From Candidatus Eiseniibacteriota bacterium (GTDB lineage Bacteria; Eisenbacteria; RBG-16-71-46): DNA of 64,000 nt. The first letter of the stretch is position 1. Each line of letters opens with the position of its first letter. Made by a program: the position numbers and the translations under genes. The stretch spans positions 928,001-992,000 of the forward strand of contig OY970178.1 in the NCBI GenBank assembly GCA_963707915.1. Direction: 5' to 3'. The notes beneath the pieces are model-generated. The model was given only the letters and a program-made list of their open reading frames with translations. It was not told where the DNA came from and made no database searches. Positions 51,561 through 64,000 of this stretch are shown one piece after another.

Positions 51561-52193
51561 ATGGCCGACGTCACCCTGCGCACCTACGTCTTCCTCGACG
51601 ACCTGCAGCCGCAGCTCGCCGCGTTCGTGGGCACGACCGCCCGGGGCTTCCTGCCCGTGGCCGGCGTCGCCTCGCTGTTCGTCGAGATCGCCCCGGGGCT
51701 GATCATCAACCAGCTCATGGACGTGGCCCTCAAGGCCACGAGCTGCACGCCGGCCATCATGGTGGTCGAGCGCGCGTTCGGCATGCTCGAGATCCACGAG
51801 TGGGACAAGGGCCAGGTGCAGACCGGCGGGCAGGCCGTGCTGGACTACCTGAAGCTCGAGGAGCACGACCGCATGAAGCCCCGCGTGGTCTCCGACCAGG
51901 TCATCCGCTCGGTGGAGCCCTACCACGCGCAGCTGATCAACAAGATCCGCTACGGCGACCAACTGCTCCCCGGCGAGTCGCTGCTGATCCTCGAGAGCGA
52001 GCCCGCCGCCTACATCGCCTTCGCCGCGAACCAGGCCCTGAAGTCCGCGCACGTGAAGCTCATCGACGCGCAGCTCTTCGGCGCCTACGGCCGGCTCTAC
52101 CTGTCGGGCCCGGAAGCCGAGATCGACGCCGCGCGCGACGGCGCCCTGCGCAGCCTCGAGACCATCAAGGGCCGGGACCCGGCGAAGGGCTGA
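51561..52193 (+). CDS. Bacterial microcompartment shell protein, tandem permuted BMC-T (CsoS1D/CcmP-like)
   Basis: LRTYVFLDDLQPQLAAF, SLFVEIAPG, VVERAFGMLE, LLPGESLLILESEPAAY..AANQA, FGAYGRLYLSG. Confidence 0.9.
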   Translation: MADVTLRTYVFLDDLQPQLAAFVGTTARGFLPVAGVASLFVEIAPGLIINQLMDVALKATSCTPAIMVVERAFGMLEIHEWDKGQVQTGGQAVLDYLKLEEHDRMKPRVVSDQVIRSVEPYHAQLINKIRYGDQLLPGESLLILESEPAAYIAFAANQALKSAHVKLIDAQLFGAYGRLYLSGPEAEIDAARDGALRSLETIKGRDPAKG

Positions 52194-52228
52194 GAAGACG
52201 GGACCGGGCCCCGGAGGCCCGGAGACGA

Positions 52229-52263
52229 CGAAGCCCGCAGCGGCGCTCCCGCTGCGGGCTTCG
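52229..52263. terminator. 15-bp stem hairpin between convergent genes
   Basis: CGAAGCCCGCAGCGG-cgctc-CCGCTGCGGGCTTCG. Confidence 0.65.
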
Positions 52264-52279
52264 CGCCTGGCTGGCCAGC

Positions 52280-53362
52280 TCAGAACACCACGTACGCCCC
52301 GTCGCGGATGACCGCCTTCCTTCCGGCCGGGCCCACCACCACGGCCTCGGCCACCTGGATCGGGTTGCCCTTCGCGTAGACGATGTCCTGGTGCACGACG
52401 TTTCCCGGCTCGAGGAACTGCTTCACGCCGGTCACGCCGCCGAGGTGGTCCGAGCGCCCGTAGGCCCAGTGGAACCCGGCCTTCTCGTCCTCCAGCGTGT
52501 TGCCCGTGACCACGGCCCAGTCGTTGCAGCCGAAGGCGACCTCCGCGATGTTGGCCCGGGCCGGGTCGGCGGCGAACCGGGCGCGCAGCTTCCCGGCCTC
52601 GGGCCCGCTGCCGTCGACCTTCGCGATGCGATTGGCCGCGACCGTGAGGACGACGAGCTCACCGGCGACTTCGACCGGCAGTTCGCCCGCGGTGCGCGAC
52701 GGCTCGCCGGGCTTCTCGCCCTCGTAGGGCACGATGAACGTCTCGCCCGAGGGCAGGTTGATGATCCGGTCGCCCTGCTTGCCGCGCGGCAGGTAGCCGT
52801 CGTCGACCTCGGCCTTGCGCCAGCGCAGGTCGAAGGAGCAGCGCTGCCCGGTGGAGAAGCGCACCTCCAGCCGCTCGGCGCCCGCGAGGGCCTGGTCGAG
52901 GATGGCGCAGCGGCGGGCCACCTCGCCGTAGTCGGCGGACAGGGCGCTCTGCTCCATGCGCCGCTCCAGCCCGGGCAGCGACGCGGCCCGGAAGTCGGCC
53001 TTCTTCCTGCAATACCCGTCGAGCGCCGCGGTGGCCGAGAACTCCGTCAGGAACAGCGCCAGGGTGCAGCCCAGCAGCGCCTCCTCCATCGCCAATTCCG
53101 CCCCCGCCTGCCTGCCGCTCGCGGGCAGATCGGCGCCGTTCGCGCCGGTGGCGGCGAAGGTCAGCAGGGGTCGCACCTCGAAGCTGCCCGGGCGGCCCAG
53201 CTCGGCGAACGCCTCGCGCCACTCGGCGGCCATCGCCCGGCGCTCCTTCCAGCGCGCATCGTCGGCGAGGGAGCCATGTGGCAGGTCGCAGGCCACGAGG
53301 ACGATCTCGCCCTGCTCCGTGCGGAACACGTCGGTCAGCAGCTTCTTGAGCTCGAAGGCCAT
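52280..53362 (-). CDS. Divergent M29-like (AmpS-type) aminopeptidase
   Basis: INLPSGE, NIAEVAFGCN, GNTLEDEK, FHWAYGRSDHLGG, VHQD metal-ligand-like motifs. Confidence 0.7.
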   Translation of the reverse strand: MAFELKKLLTDVFRTEQGEIVLVACDLPHGSLADDARWKERRAMAAEWREAFAELGRPGSFEVRPLLTFAATGANGADLPASGRQAGAELAMEEALLGCTLALFLTEFSATAALDGYCRKKADFRAASLPGLERRMEQSALSADYGEVARRCAILDQALAGAERLEVRFSTGQRCSFDLRWRKAEVDDGYLPRGKQGDRIINLPSGETFIVPYEGEKPGEPSRTAGELPVEVAGELVVLTVAANRIAKVDGSGPEAGKLRARFAADPARANIAEVAFGCNDWAVVTGNTLEDEKAGFHWAYGRSDHLGGVTGVKQFLEPGNVVHQDIVYAKGNPIQVAEAVVVGPAGRKAVIRDGAYVVF

Positions 53363-53471
53363 ACGATCTCCCCGTGAGAGGCCATGGGCCTGCGGTCCAG
53401 GAGGTCCCCGGATGGCGCGGTCCCGGCGCGTTCCCGATCCCGCGGAATCTACTCCCGCCCCGAGACCGCCG

Positions 53472-53861
53472 TCACCCCGCCCGGCGGCTCATCATCACCA
53501 GCGCCGCGCCGGTGAAGTAGGCAACCACCCAGTAGACGTAGGCGAGCCGCGAGTAGAGGTGCAGGCGCCGCCCGATCGGCCCGTCGCCCGAGCGGCTCCG
53601 GTGACGCCACATCAGCAGCGTGTCGGTGGCCATCCCGGCCAGGGCCGAGTAGCCCAGCAGCCCGTGCAGGGTCAGGCCCCCGCTCCGGGTGGCGAGGATC
53701 ATGAGGGTGGTGGCGGTCACGTCGAAGGCCACGCCGACCGAGAAGACGCCGCACACGCCGCGGGTGGCGCGGCGGGCGCGCAGTTCCTTGATGGCACCGA
53801 TGGTGTAGAGCACGAGCGCGGTCGTGACAGTGCTCACCGCGGCGAGGCGAAGCGGGGTCAT
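53472..53861 (-). CDS. Small 4-TM membrane protein (HsmA/TIGR03987-like)
   Basis: LVLYTIG, FDVTATTLM, TLHGLLGYSAL, YVYWVVAYFTG. Confidence 0.6.
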   Translation of the reverse strand: MTPLRLAAVSTVTTALVLYTIGAIKELRARRATRGVCGVFSVGVAFDVTATTLMILATRSGGLTLHGLLGYSALAGMATDTLLMWRHRSRSGDGPIGRRLHLYSRLAYVYWVVAYFTGAALVMMSRRAG

Positions 53862-54090
53862 GTCGTCATCCTTCGGATCGGGTCCGTTCCTCTGCGCGAA
53901 CGCGCGGCGCCCTGGCGGCTCGCCGGGCCCGTGGACACGGCCGGATCCCGGCCGCAAGGCCCCTCCCTACCACAACTCCCCCCGCGTCGGCCAGAAGCCC
54001 GTTCGCGACGCCGGCGCCCCGCCGCCCGCTGGCGCGCCACCACGCCCGCAGGGCCCCACCCGCGCGTCGGCGCAGCGCGCCGCCCGGGCC

Positions 54091-56658
<2,568 letters not shown>

Positions 56659-56819
56659 CGGCTCTCCCCCAGGTCCGGGGCCCGCGACGGTTCGGGGGCC
56701 GGGGAAGCGGCTCACACTACATGAGCCGCCCTTCCAGTCAATGGCGCGGGTGCGTCGGCCGGGGCAACCGGCTATCCCTTGGGACCACCGGCGGCAGTCA
56801 CCGCCGCCCTACCGCTCCC

Positions 56820-57614
56820 CTACCACAGCTCCCCCTGGGGCCAGAAGTCCCTCGGGTTCGCGGTGGCGAGGCCCAGGCGCGCCTTCATCTCGTTCGCGCT
56901 CGCGGGGGAGTGCCCGGCCCAGTGGTTGTTGAAATAGCCGTAGACTTCGCGCACCCGCAGCACGGCGCGCTTGAGGTCCGCCTCCCACGTGTCGAACTCC
57001 GCGCCGCGGTCCACCTGCACCCGGTCATAGCGCTCGATCTCGCGGCGGTCCCCCAGCCAGCGCAGGTAGAGGAAGTCGGCCGTGACCTCGCTCATGCGCG
57101 GCAGGTCGCGCCACTCGGTCCATGCCAGCGCCACGCGATGCCGGTGCAGCAGCTCGCAGGTCTCGGCCACGTGCCACGACGCGTGCCGGAACTCGACCGC
57201 GAGCCGCACCTCGCCGGGCGCGGCGGCGAGGAAGCGCTCGAGCAGCCCGACGGTGCCCGGCTCGCGCTCGAACTCGGCCGGCAACTGCACCAGCAGGGGC
57301 CCGAGCTTCTCCTCGAGCGGCGCCAGCGCGTCCACGAACTCCTTCAGGCGCCCGCCCATGTTCGCGAGCCGGGACTCGTGGGTGATGCGCTGCGGCACCT
57401 TGGCGGTGAAGCGGAAGCCCGCGGGCGAGTGACGCGCCCAGGAACGCACCACCGACGGCCGCGGCGGATGGTAGAAGGTGGTGTCCAGCTCCACGGTGTC
57501 GAAGACGCGGCCGTAGAACGGCAGCCAGTCCTCCTGCTTGGCGCCGGGCGGGTAGAAGGAGCCCACCCAGTCGGCGTACGACCAGCCCTGGGTGCCGATG
57601 TGGATCGTGGCCAT
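56820..57614 (-). CDS. DUF72 (YecE) family protein
   Basis: SD AGGAGG. IGTQGWSY.DWVGSFYP, VELDTTFY, FTAKVPQRITH, LLVQLP, AVEFRH, YFNNH. Confidence 0.93.
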   Translation of the reverse strand: MATIHIGTQGWSYADWVGSFYPPGAKQEDWLPFYGRVFDTVELDTTFYHPPRPSVVRSWARHSPAGFRFTAKVPQRITHESRLANMGGRLKEFVDALAPLEEKLGPLLVQLPAEFEREPGTVGLLERFLAAAPGEVRLAVEFRHASWHVAETCELLHRHRVALAWTEWRDLPRMSEVTADFLYLRWLGDRREIERYDRVQVDRGAEFDTWEADLKRAVLRVREVYGYFNNHWAGHSPASANEMKARLGLATANPRDFWPQGELW

Positions 57615-57633
57615 GGTCCCTCCTCCTCCGCGT

Positions 57634-58593
57634 CTAGCAGGCCGCAGCCGGCCCGGGCCAGGTGGATTCGCCCGCCGGCGGGGCCGCGCCGCGGGCGAGC
57701 AGGTGGTGGTCGAAGAACGCCAGCACCCGCCGTTCGTACTCGGCCGGGTGCCGCGCCCAGCCCTCGTTGTGGCCCGCCCCGGGAATGATCCACAGGGGAT
57801 CCTTCGCCCCCGCCGCGCGCCACAGGCGGCGGGCATTCTCGCACGAGAGCCGGTCGTCCTCGAGCGCGTGGACGAGGAACAGCGGGCGCCCGGCGAGCCG
57901 GGCCGCCGCGGACTCGACGTCCGCCTCGCCGAGGTCGCGGCCGGTGACCGCGTGGCCCAGCATCCGCGCGATCCGCGCGCTGCGGCGCGGCAGCCGCGCC
58001 CAGCGCTGCGAGGAGTCCTCCAACGCGAGCGTCGCGTGGGCGAAGGCGCCGTCCGCCACGACCGCCCCGATCCCCGGGTCATCCGCCGCCGCCAGCAGCG
58101 CCACCGATCCGCCGAGGGACTCGCCCAGCACGCCCACGGCGCAGCCGGCCAGCGAGGGTTCCGCGTGCAGCCAGCCCAGCGCCGCCCGCGCGTCCACCAA
58201 CTCGTGGTGGCCGAGCGTCGTGGGCAGCCGCCGGCGGCCGCGCGAGGAGCGGAAGTCCACCGCCAGCACGCCGTAGCCGGCCGCGTGGAGGAACGCGCCG
58301 TAGCGCCACGCGCGGGAGTGGTCGCGACCGTAGCCGTGCAGCACCAGCACCACGGCGGGCTCGCGCGCGGCGAGCAGCCAACCGTCGAGCGCGTCGCCCC
58401 CGGGCAGCGCGATGCGCACGCGCCGCGCGGCGCGGTCGAGGTCGGGAGCGCCGCCGAGGTCGCGCGGCAGGAAGGGGAAGAACCCGAGCCAGACGGCTCC
58501 GCCCACGAGCAGGAGCACCAGCGCGGACACACCGGCGACCGCACCGCCCACGGCGGGCGCGCCGCCCGCCAGCATCGCCCCGACCTGGAACAT
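57634..58593 (-). CDS. Alpha/beta hydrolase with N-terminal TM anchor
   Basis: VLHGYG, nucleophile elbow GESLGG, HALEDD, GAGHNE. Confidence 0.85.
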   Translation of the reverse strand: MFQVGAMLAGGAPAVGGAVAGVSALVLLLVGGAVWLGFFPFLPRDLGGAPDLDRAARRVRIALPGGDALDGWLLAAREPAVVLVLHGYGRDHSRAWRYGAFLHAAGYGVLAVDFRSSRGRRRLPTTLGHHELVDARAALGWLHAEPSLAGCAVGVLGESLGGSVALLAAADDPGIGAVVADGAFAHATLALEDSSQRWARLPRRSARIARMLGHAVTGRDLGEADVESAAARLAGRPLFLVHALEDDRLSCENARRLWRAAGAKDPLWIIPGAGHNEGWARHPAEYERRVLAFFDHHLLARGAAPPAGESTWPGPAAAC

Positions 58594-58669
58594 CATACCG
58601 GGACTATCGCACCGCGGCGAAGAGGCGGGCAAACCCCGCCGGTCGCGCGCGGCCGGCACGGTCCGCGCT

Positions 58670-60311
58670 TCAGGCGGTGGTCGCCAGTTCCTCGACGAAC
58701 GCGGCGGCCGAGAGCCCGCCGCCGGTCGCCCGGCGCAGCGTCTCCCGCCAGTCCAGCGTCCGCCCGCCCCGGAACAGCCGCTCAACCAGGAACGTCCCGA
58801 CCTCGGGGCTCGAGACGTAGCGCGCGTCCGTGTCCGGCCCGCCGCCCAGCACCGTGCCGCGCAGGTGGGACCGGAGCTGCGAGGCCATCATCTCGCCGAG
58901 CATGTAGTTCTGGTAGTAGACCGGCGCGGTGCTGAAATGGATCTTGCTCGCCCAGTCCGGCGCGCGACGGCCCTCCGGCCGTCTCACCCGCTGGAAGCGT
59001 CTCCACCAGGTCCCACCACAGCGAGTCGAGGTCCTGCCCGGGGTCACGGTAGAGGGCGCGCTCCATGTGGCACATCACCAGCATCCAGCGCGTCTGTACC
59101 AGCAACTGGTCGCGCGAGGCCCGCGCGCAGGAAGCGGCCACCGCGCGGGCCGCCTCCGCGGGCACCCCGGCGTGGCGCTCGAGCCAGGCCGCGTCCTTCG
59201 GGAGCCGGCCGAACAGCATCGCGCTCGCCTCGGTGGTCAGGATGTGCGCCGGCTCGCGCAGCAGGAACGGCAGCGCCCGGTCGATGTGCAGGTCGTAGAC
59301 CGCGTGCCCGAACTCGTGCAGCAGCGTGCCCATCCAGTACTGGGTCGGCCGGAGGTTGCAGAGCACGCGGATGTCGTCACCGTGGTCCATGCACAGGCAG
59401 AAAGCGTGCTGGCTCTTGCCCGGCCGTTCGTACAGGTCCGCCCGGGCCAGCAGGTCGCGCACGTCGAGCCCCACCGCCGCGAAACTGCGCACGAGCAGGT
59501 CCTCCAGCCGCGGACCCTCGAACAGGTGGTCCAGGTCGAGACCCGCGGCCGGCGCCTCCTGGAAGAAGGGGTCGGCGCAGTGCCAGGGCCGCAGCTCGCC
59601 GGGCGCGACGCCGAAGCGCGCGGCCAGGCGGGCGTCGAGGCCGCGCTTGTAGTCGTCGAAGAGCGGGCGGGTGCCGCGCTCGAGTTCGTCCAGCAGCCCG
59701 AAGAGCTCCGCCTCGTCCTGCTCGTCGAGCGTCAGGCGCATGGTGTAGAAGTTGTCGAAGCCGAGGGAACGGGCGGCCTCGTTGCGCAGCCGCACCAGCT
59801 CGACCAGGTCGGGCGCCACCGCGGCGCCGATCTGCTTCGCGGCCTCCCAGGCGCCGCGCCGCGCGGCGGAATCGTCCGCCTCGACCAGCACCCGCCGCAG
59901 GTCGTTGTCGAGGACGCGTCGCCCGTCCAACTCGGCGCGGAAGACGTTGAAGCGGCCCTCGAGCCGCTTCTCCATCTGCACCAGCCGCGCGATCGCCGCG
60001 GGGTCGAGCTGATGGCCCCGGTAGGCGTTCAGCAGCAGCGTGAGCTGGCGCGCCAGCAGCGGCTCCGCCACGCCGCCCGCGGCGGCCAGGGCGCGCAGCG
60101 CGGCGTACTCGGCGGGACGCGAGAACACGGTGCGAATCTCCGTGTCGAGCCGCGCCGCCTCCTCCTCGGCCGCCGGGTCGTGGGCGACGCTCGCCTGCCA
60201 GTAGGCCCGGTTGTGCCGCGCCTGGAGCGGCTCGATCTCCGCGACCAGCCGCTCGATGGCCGCGGACAGGGTCCGCTCGCGCTCCTCGACGGTGGTCTTC
60301 GTGGTCTCCAC
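58670..60311 (-). CDS. Cytoplasmic M2/M3-like metallopeptidase (frameshift near 59000)
   Basis: GTG start after GGAGGGAG. RNEAARSLGFDNF, PWHCADPFFQE, DLYERPGKSQHAFC, LLHEFGH, TEASA, DWASKIH..PVYYQNY. Confidence 0.85.
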
Positions 60312-60430
60312 GCCACTCCCTCCGGGAACCGGGCGGGCTTCGCCCGCTGGCGGACAAGGCCCGCCCGGCATCCTAACAGAGGCCCGCCGCGCCGGAGCGC
60401 GACGGGCCGCAGGCATCTTCGACGCGCCCG

Positions 60431-60970
60431 CTATGCGGCCCGCTCCCCGCCGTCGCGCGAGGGCCCCTCGCCGAGGCTGGTGACGGACGCACCCGCGCTC
60501 TCCGAAAGCCGCAGTCCGACCACCCCCGAGGGGTGGACCAGGTGCGGGCCCACGGAGGTGAGCACGACGAAGAACCCCGCCAGTTGCTGGTTCATGAAAT
60601 CCGAGAGCCGCTGACTCTCGCGCTGCAGCGGCATCCAGACCTTGCCCTGCAGCGTCAACCCGTCGGACAACAGGATCTCGGCGTCCTCTTCGCGCCATGG
60701 CTGGAAGCCCCGCGTGAAGACGTCGGTCTGGAGCACGAGTCGCCCGGGCGTGACGCGCACCAGTCGCGACTTGTTGAACAGGTGGATGCGTCCGTCCTCC
60801 CCGACCGCGGCCGGGAGGAAGGGCGACGACTCGTTCAGCTTCTCGAGGATGGTCTGGTGCCGGGAACCGGAGGCGTCCAGGTCGAGGAAGATCGAGCCGA
60901 CGACCCCCTGCAGGTCGCTCGACCAGAGGGTGACGGACACGCGACGCTTGGGGATGTAGTGATCCATCAT
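60431..60970 (-). CDS. DUF6812-like protein with internal two-fold repeat
   Basis: Halves VSVTLWSSDLQGVVGSIFL..ILEKLNESSPFLP and AEILLSDGLTLQGKVWM..LSDFMNQQLAGFFV. SD GAGG. Confidence 0.6.
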   Translation of the reverse strand: MMDHYIPKRRVSVTLWSSDLQGVVGSIFLDLDASGSRHQTILEKLNESSPFLPAAVGEDGRIHLFNKSRLVRVTPGRLVLQTDVFTRGFQPWREEDAEILLSDGLTLQGKVWMPLQRESQRLSDFMNQQLAGFFVVLTSVGPHLVHPSGVVGLRLSESAGASVTSLGEGPSRDGGERAA

Positions 60971-61237
60971 GGACCTCGCCAGGCCCTTCCCGGGCCGGGA
61001 TGTGTGGCATGGATGCGCCTGCTGGATCCGGGGCGCGGCACCCCTATGCAACCAGCCTGCCGTCCGCGCCCCGCCCCCGCCCGATGCGCGCAACCTGCGC
61101 ACGGCGGGCCTTCGCCGGGCGGGAGCCGACCGGCGCGCACGGCGCCCGGGCCGCGGGGCATTGCACTCCGCAATGAAGGGCCGGAACGGTGCGTGGTCCT
61201 GCACGGGGCCGGAGCAGCCTCTGATACACTCGGCGCC

Positions 61238-62392
61238 ATGTCCCGCGCCACCCCGATGGAACCCGGCCGCACGCGCGGCACCCCCTGGCCCGGGGTACGC
61301 CCGTGGCTCCTGATGTTCGCGGCGGCAGCCGGGCTGCGGGTCGCCGGCGCATGGCTCGCGAACGGCCCCGGCGCACATGCCCTGCCCGATCCGGCGGCCT
61401 GGGACGCGGTGGCCTGGAACCTGGCCCGGGGCGCGGGCTTCTCGCTCGAAGGCGCAGGAGGGCTCCAGCCGACCGCGGTGGTGCCGCCGCTGGGACCGTG
61501 GATCACGAGCCTGCTGTACCGCGCCGTCGGTCACCAGGCCGTGGCGGCGGTGCTGCTCGGCTGCGCCGTCGGCGGCCTGGTCCCGCTGATGCTGGCGGCC
61601 TTCGCGACCCGCATGTTCGGCAGCGTGGTCGGGCGGACGGCCGGCTGGCTCGCCGTCGTGCACCCGCTCCTCGTGACCTCGTGCGGCCGATCGCTCCCCG
61701 AGACCGCCTTCGCCGTCGTGCTGCTCCTCGCCCTGCTGCTGAGCGCCGAGTGGCTGAAGACGCCGAGCGCGGGTCGTGCGTTCGGGACCGGCGTCGCCTG
61801 GGGACTGGCCGCGCTCGCGAACCCGGTCGCCTTCGCGCTGCCGCTGGTGGTCGCAGCGTGGGCCTGGCTGCCCCTCGGGTTCGCCATGTCCGCGGGCGGC
61901 CGGCTCCGCCAGGTCGGCTGGTTGCTGCTCGGGGTCGCGCTCGCCGTGGGCCCGTGGACCCTGCGGAACGCGCTCGTTCTGCACGCCTTCGTCCCGGTGT
62001 CGGCCGGAGCCGCCGGCGCGTTGCCCGCGAGCGACGCCTCCCGCGCGTGGACCTCCCCCACCGGCCCCGGCGGGCCGGGGGTGGCCCTGCGGCTGCAGGA
62101 GCTGGCGCGTGCGCCGGGCGCGGCGTCGGCCTGGACGGCGGCGGCCCTGCCGCTGGCCCTGTGGGGCCTGTGGCGGTCCCTGCGCGGTGCGCGGCGCTGG
62201 TTCCAATCGCTGGGCCTGTGGGTGCTGCTCGGCCTCGCGTGGCCCGGGGGCGCGTTCTCCGGCCCGCCCCGGATGCGCGTTCCAGCCGAGCCGCTGGTGA
62301 TGCTCTTCGCCGCCGCCGGGATCGACGACCTCGTGCGACGCCTGCGCGCGCGCAGCAGGGGGTTGCGGCTGGTGGAACGCGGGGAGGTCTAG
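61238..62392 (+). CDS. ArnT/PMT-like membrane glycosyltransferase (compact, possibly degenerate)
   Basis: DAVAWNLARGAGF, PTAVVPPL, LPETAF, GPWTLRN, PRMRVPAEP. Extended -10 TGnTACACT 7 nt before the ATG. Confidence 0.7.
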   Translation: MSRATPMEPGRTRGTPWPGVRPWLLMFAAAAGLRVAGAWLANGPGAHALPDPAAWDAVAWNLARGAGFSLEGAGGLQPTAVVPPLGPWITSLLYRAVGHQAVAAVLLGCAVGGLVPLMLAAFATRMFGSVVGRTAGWLAVVHPLLVTSCGRSLPETAFAVVLLLALLLSAEWLKTPSAGRAFGTGVAWGLAALANPVAFALPLVVAAWAWLPLGFAMSAGGRLRQVGWLLLGVALAVGPWTLRNALVLHAFVPVSAGAAGALPASDASRAWTSPTGPGGPGVALRLQELARAPGAASAWTAAALPLALWGLWRSLRGARRWFQSLGLWVLLGLAWPGGAFSGPPRMRVPAEPLVMLFAAAGIDDLVRRLRARSRGLRLVERGEV

Positions 62393-62414
62393 CCCGCCGC
62401 GGAGGGCCCGCGGG

Positions 62415-63080
62415 TCACTTCGGGATGACGCTGACGACCTTGAAGCGGAAGGAGTAGGTCCGGGGCTGGTCCTCGATGCGGAAGACCAGGTCCACGCCGA
62501 ATTCCTTGTCCGAGTACAGCGGGGCGGTCGTGTCCTCGGGCAGCAGCGGCCGGTGCAGCTGCTGGTCGCTGCCCGCCGGATCCACGAGGTAGTCCAGCGG
62601 CAGCAGGTAGTCGCTGTAACGCTGCAGCCCGGTGATCTGCGTCGAGGCCTGGACGTTGAAGCGGTCGGCCCAGCGCGTGGTCGAATGGCCGACCTGTCCC
62701 GCCCCTTCCCGCGGGTCGTGGAACACCGAGCGGTCCCAATCGATCCACACCGGCCGGTTCTGCCGGTTCTCCACCTGCATGTAGAGCACGTCGGGCGAGG
62801 GGCGGAAATAGAACGAGAGGTCGCGGTCCTGGAACGTGAAGCGTTCGCTCGCCGGCAGCACCTGGCTGAACCGGTAGCGGAACAGCGCCGTCGCCTCGAC
62901 GGCGTCGGAAACTACGCTGTCGCTGGCCCCGGTGACGAGGGTCTCGACCGCGCCCTCCGTGCGGGCGGCAGGGTCGGCCGCGCCGGGGGCCCCTCCCGAC
63001 GGAACGCTGGCGGCGCAACCGCTCAGCATCGCGGCCGTCACGCACGCGACGACCAGGGGCACGACCTTCACAGGCGCCAT
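62415..63080 (-). CDS. Hypothetical lipoprotein
   Basis: Lipobox LSGC, then a beta-rich domain. Confidence 0.7.
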   Translation of the reverse strand: MAPVKVVPLVVACVTAAMLSGCAASVPSGGAPGAADPAARTEGAVETLVTGASDSVVSDAVEATALFRYRFSQVLPASERFTFQDRDLSFYFRPSPDVLYMQVENRQNRPVWIDWDRSVFHDPREGAGQVGHSTTRWADRFNVQASTQITGLQRYSDYLLPLDYLVDPAGSDQQLHRPLLPEDTTAPLYSDKEFGVDLVFRIEDQPRTYSFRFKVVSVIPK

Positions 63081-63086
63081 GCAGGG

Positions 63087-63115
63087 AGACTATCCGCGCG
63101 GGATTATCGCGTCAA
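63087..63115 (-). promoter_or_regulatory. Sigma70 promoter, probably leaderless, for the 63080 gene
   Basis: Minus strand TTGACG-N17-TAGTCT, 6 nt before ATG 63080. Confidence 0.65.
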
Positions 63116-63157
63116 GGACTGATGATGATCCGCCCGGCTCGCCGGGGCCGCCGGCGC

Positions 63158-63514
63158 TCAGGGCGTGAAGCGCTGCTTCTCCAGCAGCACCGCCGCGCTC
63201 TTCGTGCCCAGGGTGAAGACCGCCTTGAAGGTGCCCTCCACCCCCACCCGGGCACCTTCACGCGGCGCCCCGCCTCCCTGGCTCATGACGCTCAACGTGC
63301 CCGTCCCGTCGTCCACCTGGTAGGCGCCGTAGCCCAGGACCCCGGCGCTGGCTCCCACCTGCCCCGCGATGCGCACGACCTGGCCGTCGAAGCGGGTGGG
63401 ATCGTCCATCAGCGTCTTGATCGGGGTCAGGCCGCTTCGGCAGCCGAGTCCCGCGAGGAGCGCCACCCCGAGGGCGGCCAGCAGCAGGAACCGGACGGAG
63501 TGACGTGGGTGCAT
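63158..63514 (-). CDS. OB-fold lipoprotein
   Basis: SD AAGGAG. LLAGLGC lipobox-like. TPIKTL..PTRFDGQVVRIAGQV, YQVDDGTGTL, GARVGVEG. Confidence 0.75.
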   Translation of the reverse strand: MHPRHSVRFLLLAALGVALLAGLGCRSGLTPIKTLMDDPTRFDGQVVRIAGQVGASAGVLGYGAYQVDDGTGTLSVMSQGGGAPREGARVGVEGTFKAVFTLGTKSAAVLLEKQRFTP

Positions 63515-63639
63515 GGTCTGCTCTCCTTTCGATCGGACTGCGGCCGGCGGCGCGGCCCGGGACTCAGGATCCAGCGCTCGCGAGGATACCACTTCCCCCG
63601 GGAACGGCTTCATCCGCGCGCCGGGGACGGGCCCGGACG

Positions 63640-64000
63640 TCAGGCCGGGCGGCCCAGCAGGTGCCGGAGCGCCTCCTCGAGCGCCGGGAAGCGGAACACG
63701 TGCCCCGCGGCCTGCAGCCGCGCCGGGGCGACGCGCGCGCTGGCCAGCAGCGCCCCGTCCGCCATCTCGCCGAAGAGCGCACGCAGAGCGAAGGCGGGCA
63801 GCGGGAGGAGCGCCGGGCGGGAGAGCGCCCGCCCCAGGGCGCGCGTGAAGGTGCGGTTGGTCACCGCGCCGGGAGCGACCACGTTGACCGGCCCCGCGAG
63901 ACGATCGTCCACCAGCGCACGCTCGATGACGGCGATCACGTCGTCGATGGCCACCCAGCTCCACCAGGCGCGCCCGTCCCCCAGCGGACCGCCCAGGCCG
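63640..64000 (-). CDS. TIGR01777 / YfcH-like NAD-dependent epimerase; 5' end outside the window
   Basis: GPLGDGRAWWSWVAIDD, GPVNVVAP, RPALLPLPAFALR..FGEMA, SARVAP.RL..G..F.FP.LEEAL. Confidence 0.9.
   Translation of the reverse strand, partial: GLGGPLGDGRAWWSWVAIDDVIAVIERALVDDRLAGPVNVVAPGAVTNRTFTRALGRALSRPALLPLPAFALRALFGEMADGALLASARVAPARLQAAGHVFRFPALEEALRHLLGRPA

Noticed and set aside
58782..62206. Long N-terminal extensions in ORFs 58782-61010, 60431-62206 and 60533-62392
   Set aside because: The extensions overlap neighbouring genes. SD or promoter evidence supports starts at 60311, 60970 and 61238.

Overview
Very GC-rich (roughly 70-75% by eye) bacterial chromosomal segment with about 47 protein-coding genes. 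No rRNA, tRNA, CRISPR array or transposase was recognised. A secreted PA-domain metallopeptidase with a FlgD/T9SS-type-A-like C-terminal domain and a Cbp1-like coiled-coil protein suggest an FCB-group organism such as Eisenbacteria or Krumholzibacteria (inference only). About 20 single-base frameshifts break otherwise intact genes, mostly in the first 32 kb, and look like long-read consensus errors. Main content: a TlpA-DUF4266-DUF3570-ApbE flavinylation cluster; an MFP plus two RND permeases; a dense peptidase set (S9, PA-domain zinc peptidase, secreted M2, three tandem secreted PepF, two M29-like, one cytoplasmic M2/M3-like); four GT-C/ArnT-like membrane proteins; an MIO ammonia-lyase with Ala-Cys-Gly instead of Ala-Ser-Gly; malic enzyme; ABC-F; a Ser/Thr kinase with a beta-propeller; and an orphan BMC-T shell gene. 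The best candidate for an undescribed system is the satD-DUF3307 operon (49941-51501). It pairs a cyclase-like/HTH protein with a His/Asp-rich membrane protein and carries three copies of the palindrome TCAACC-N6-GGTTGA, placed over its promoter, its SD and the entry to the second gene. All family assignments come from motif recognition, not database searches.
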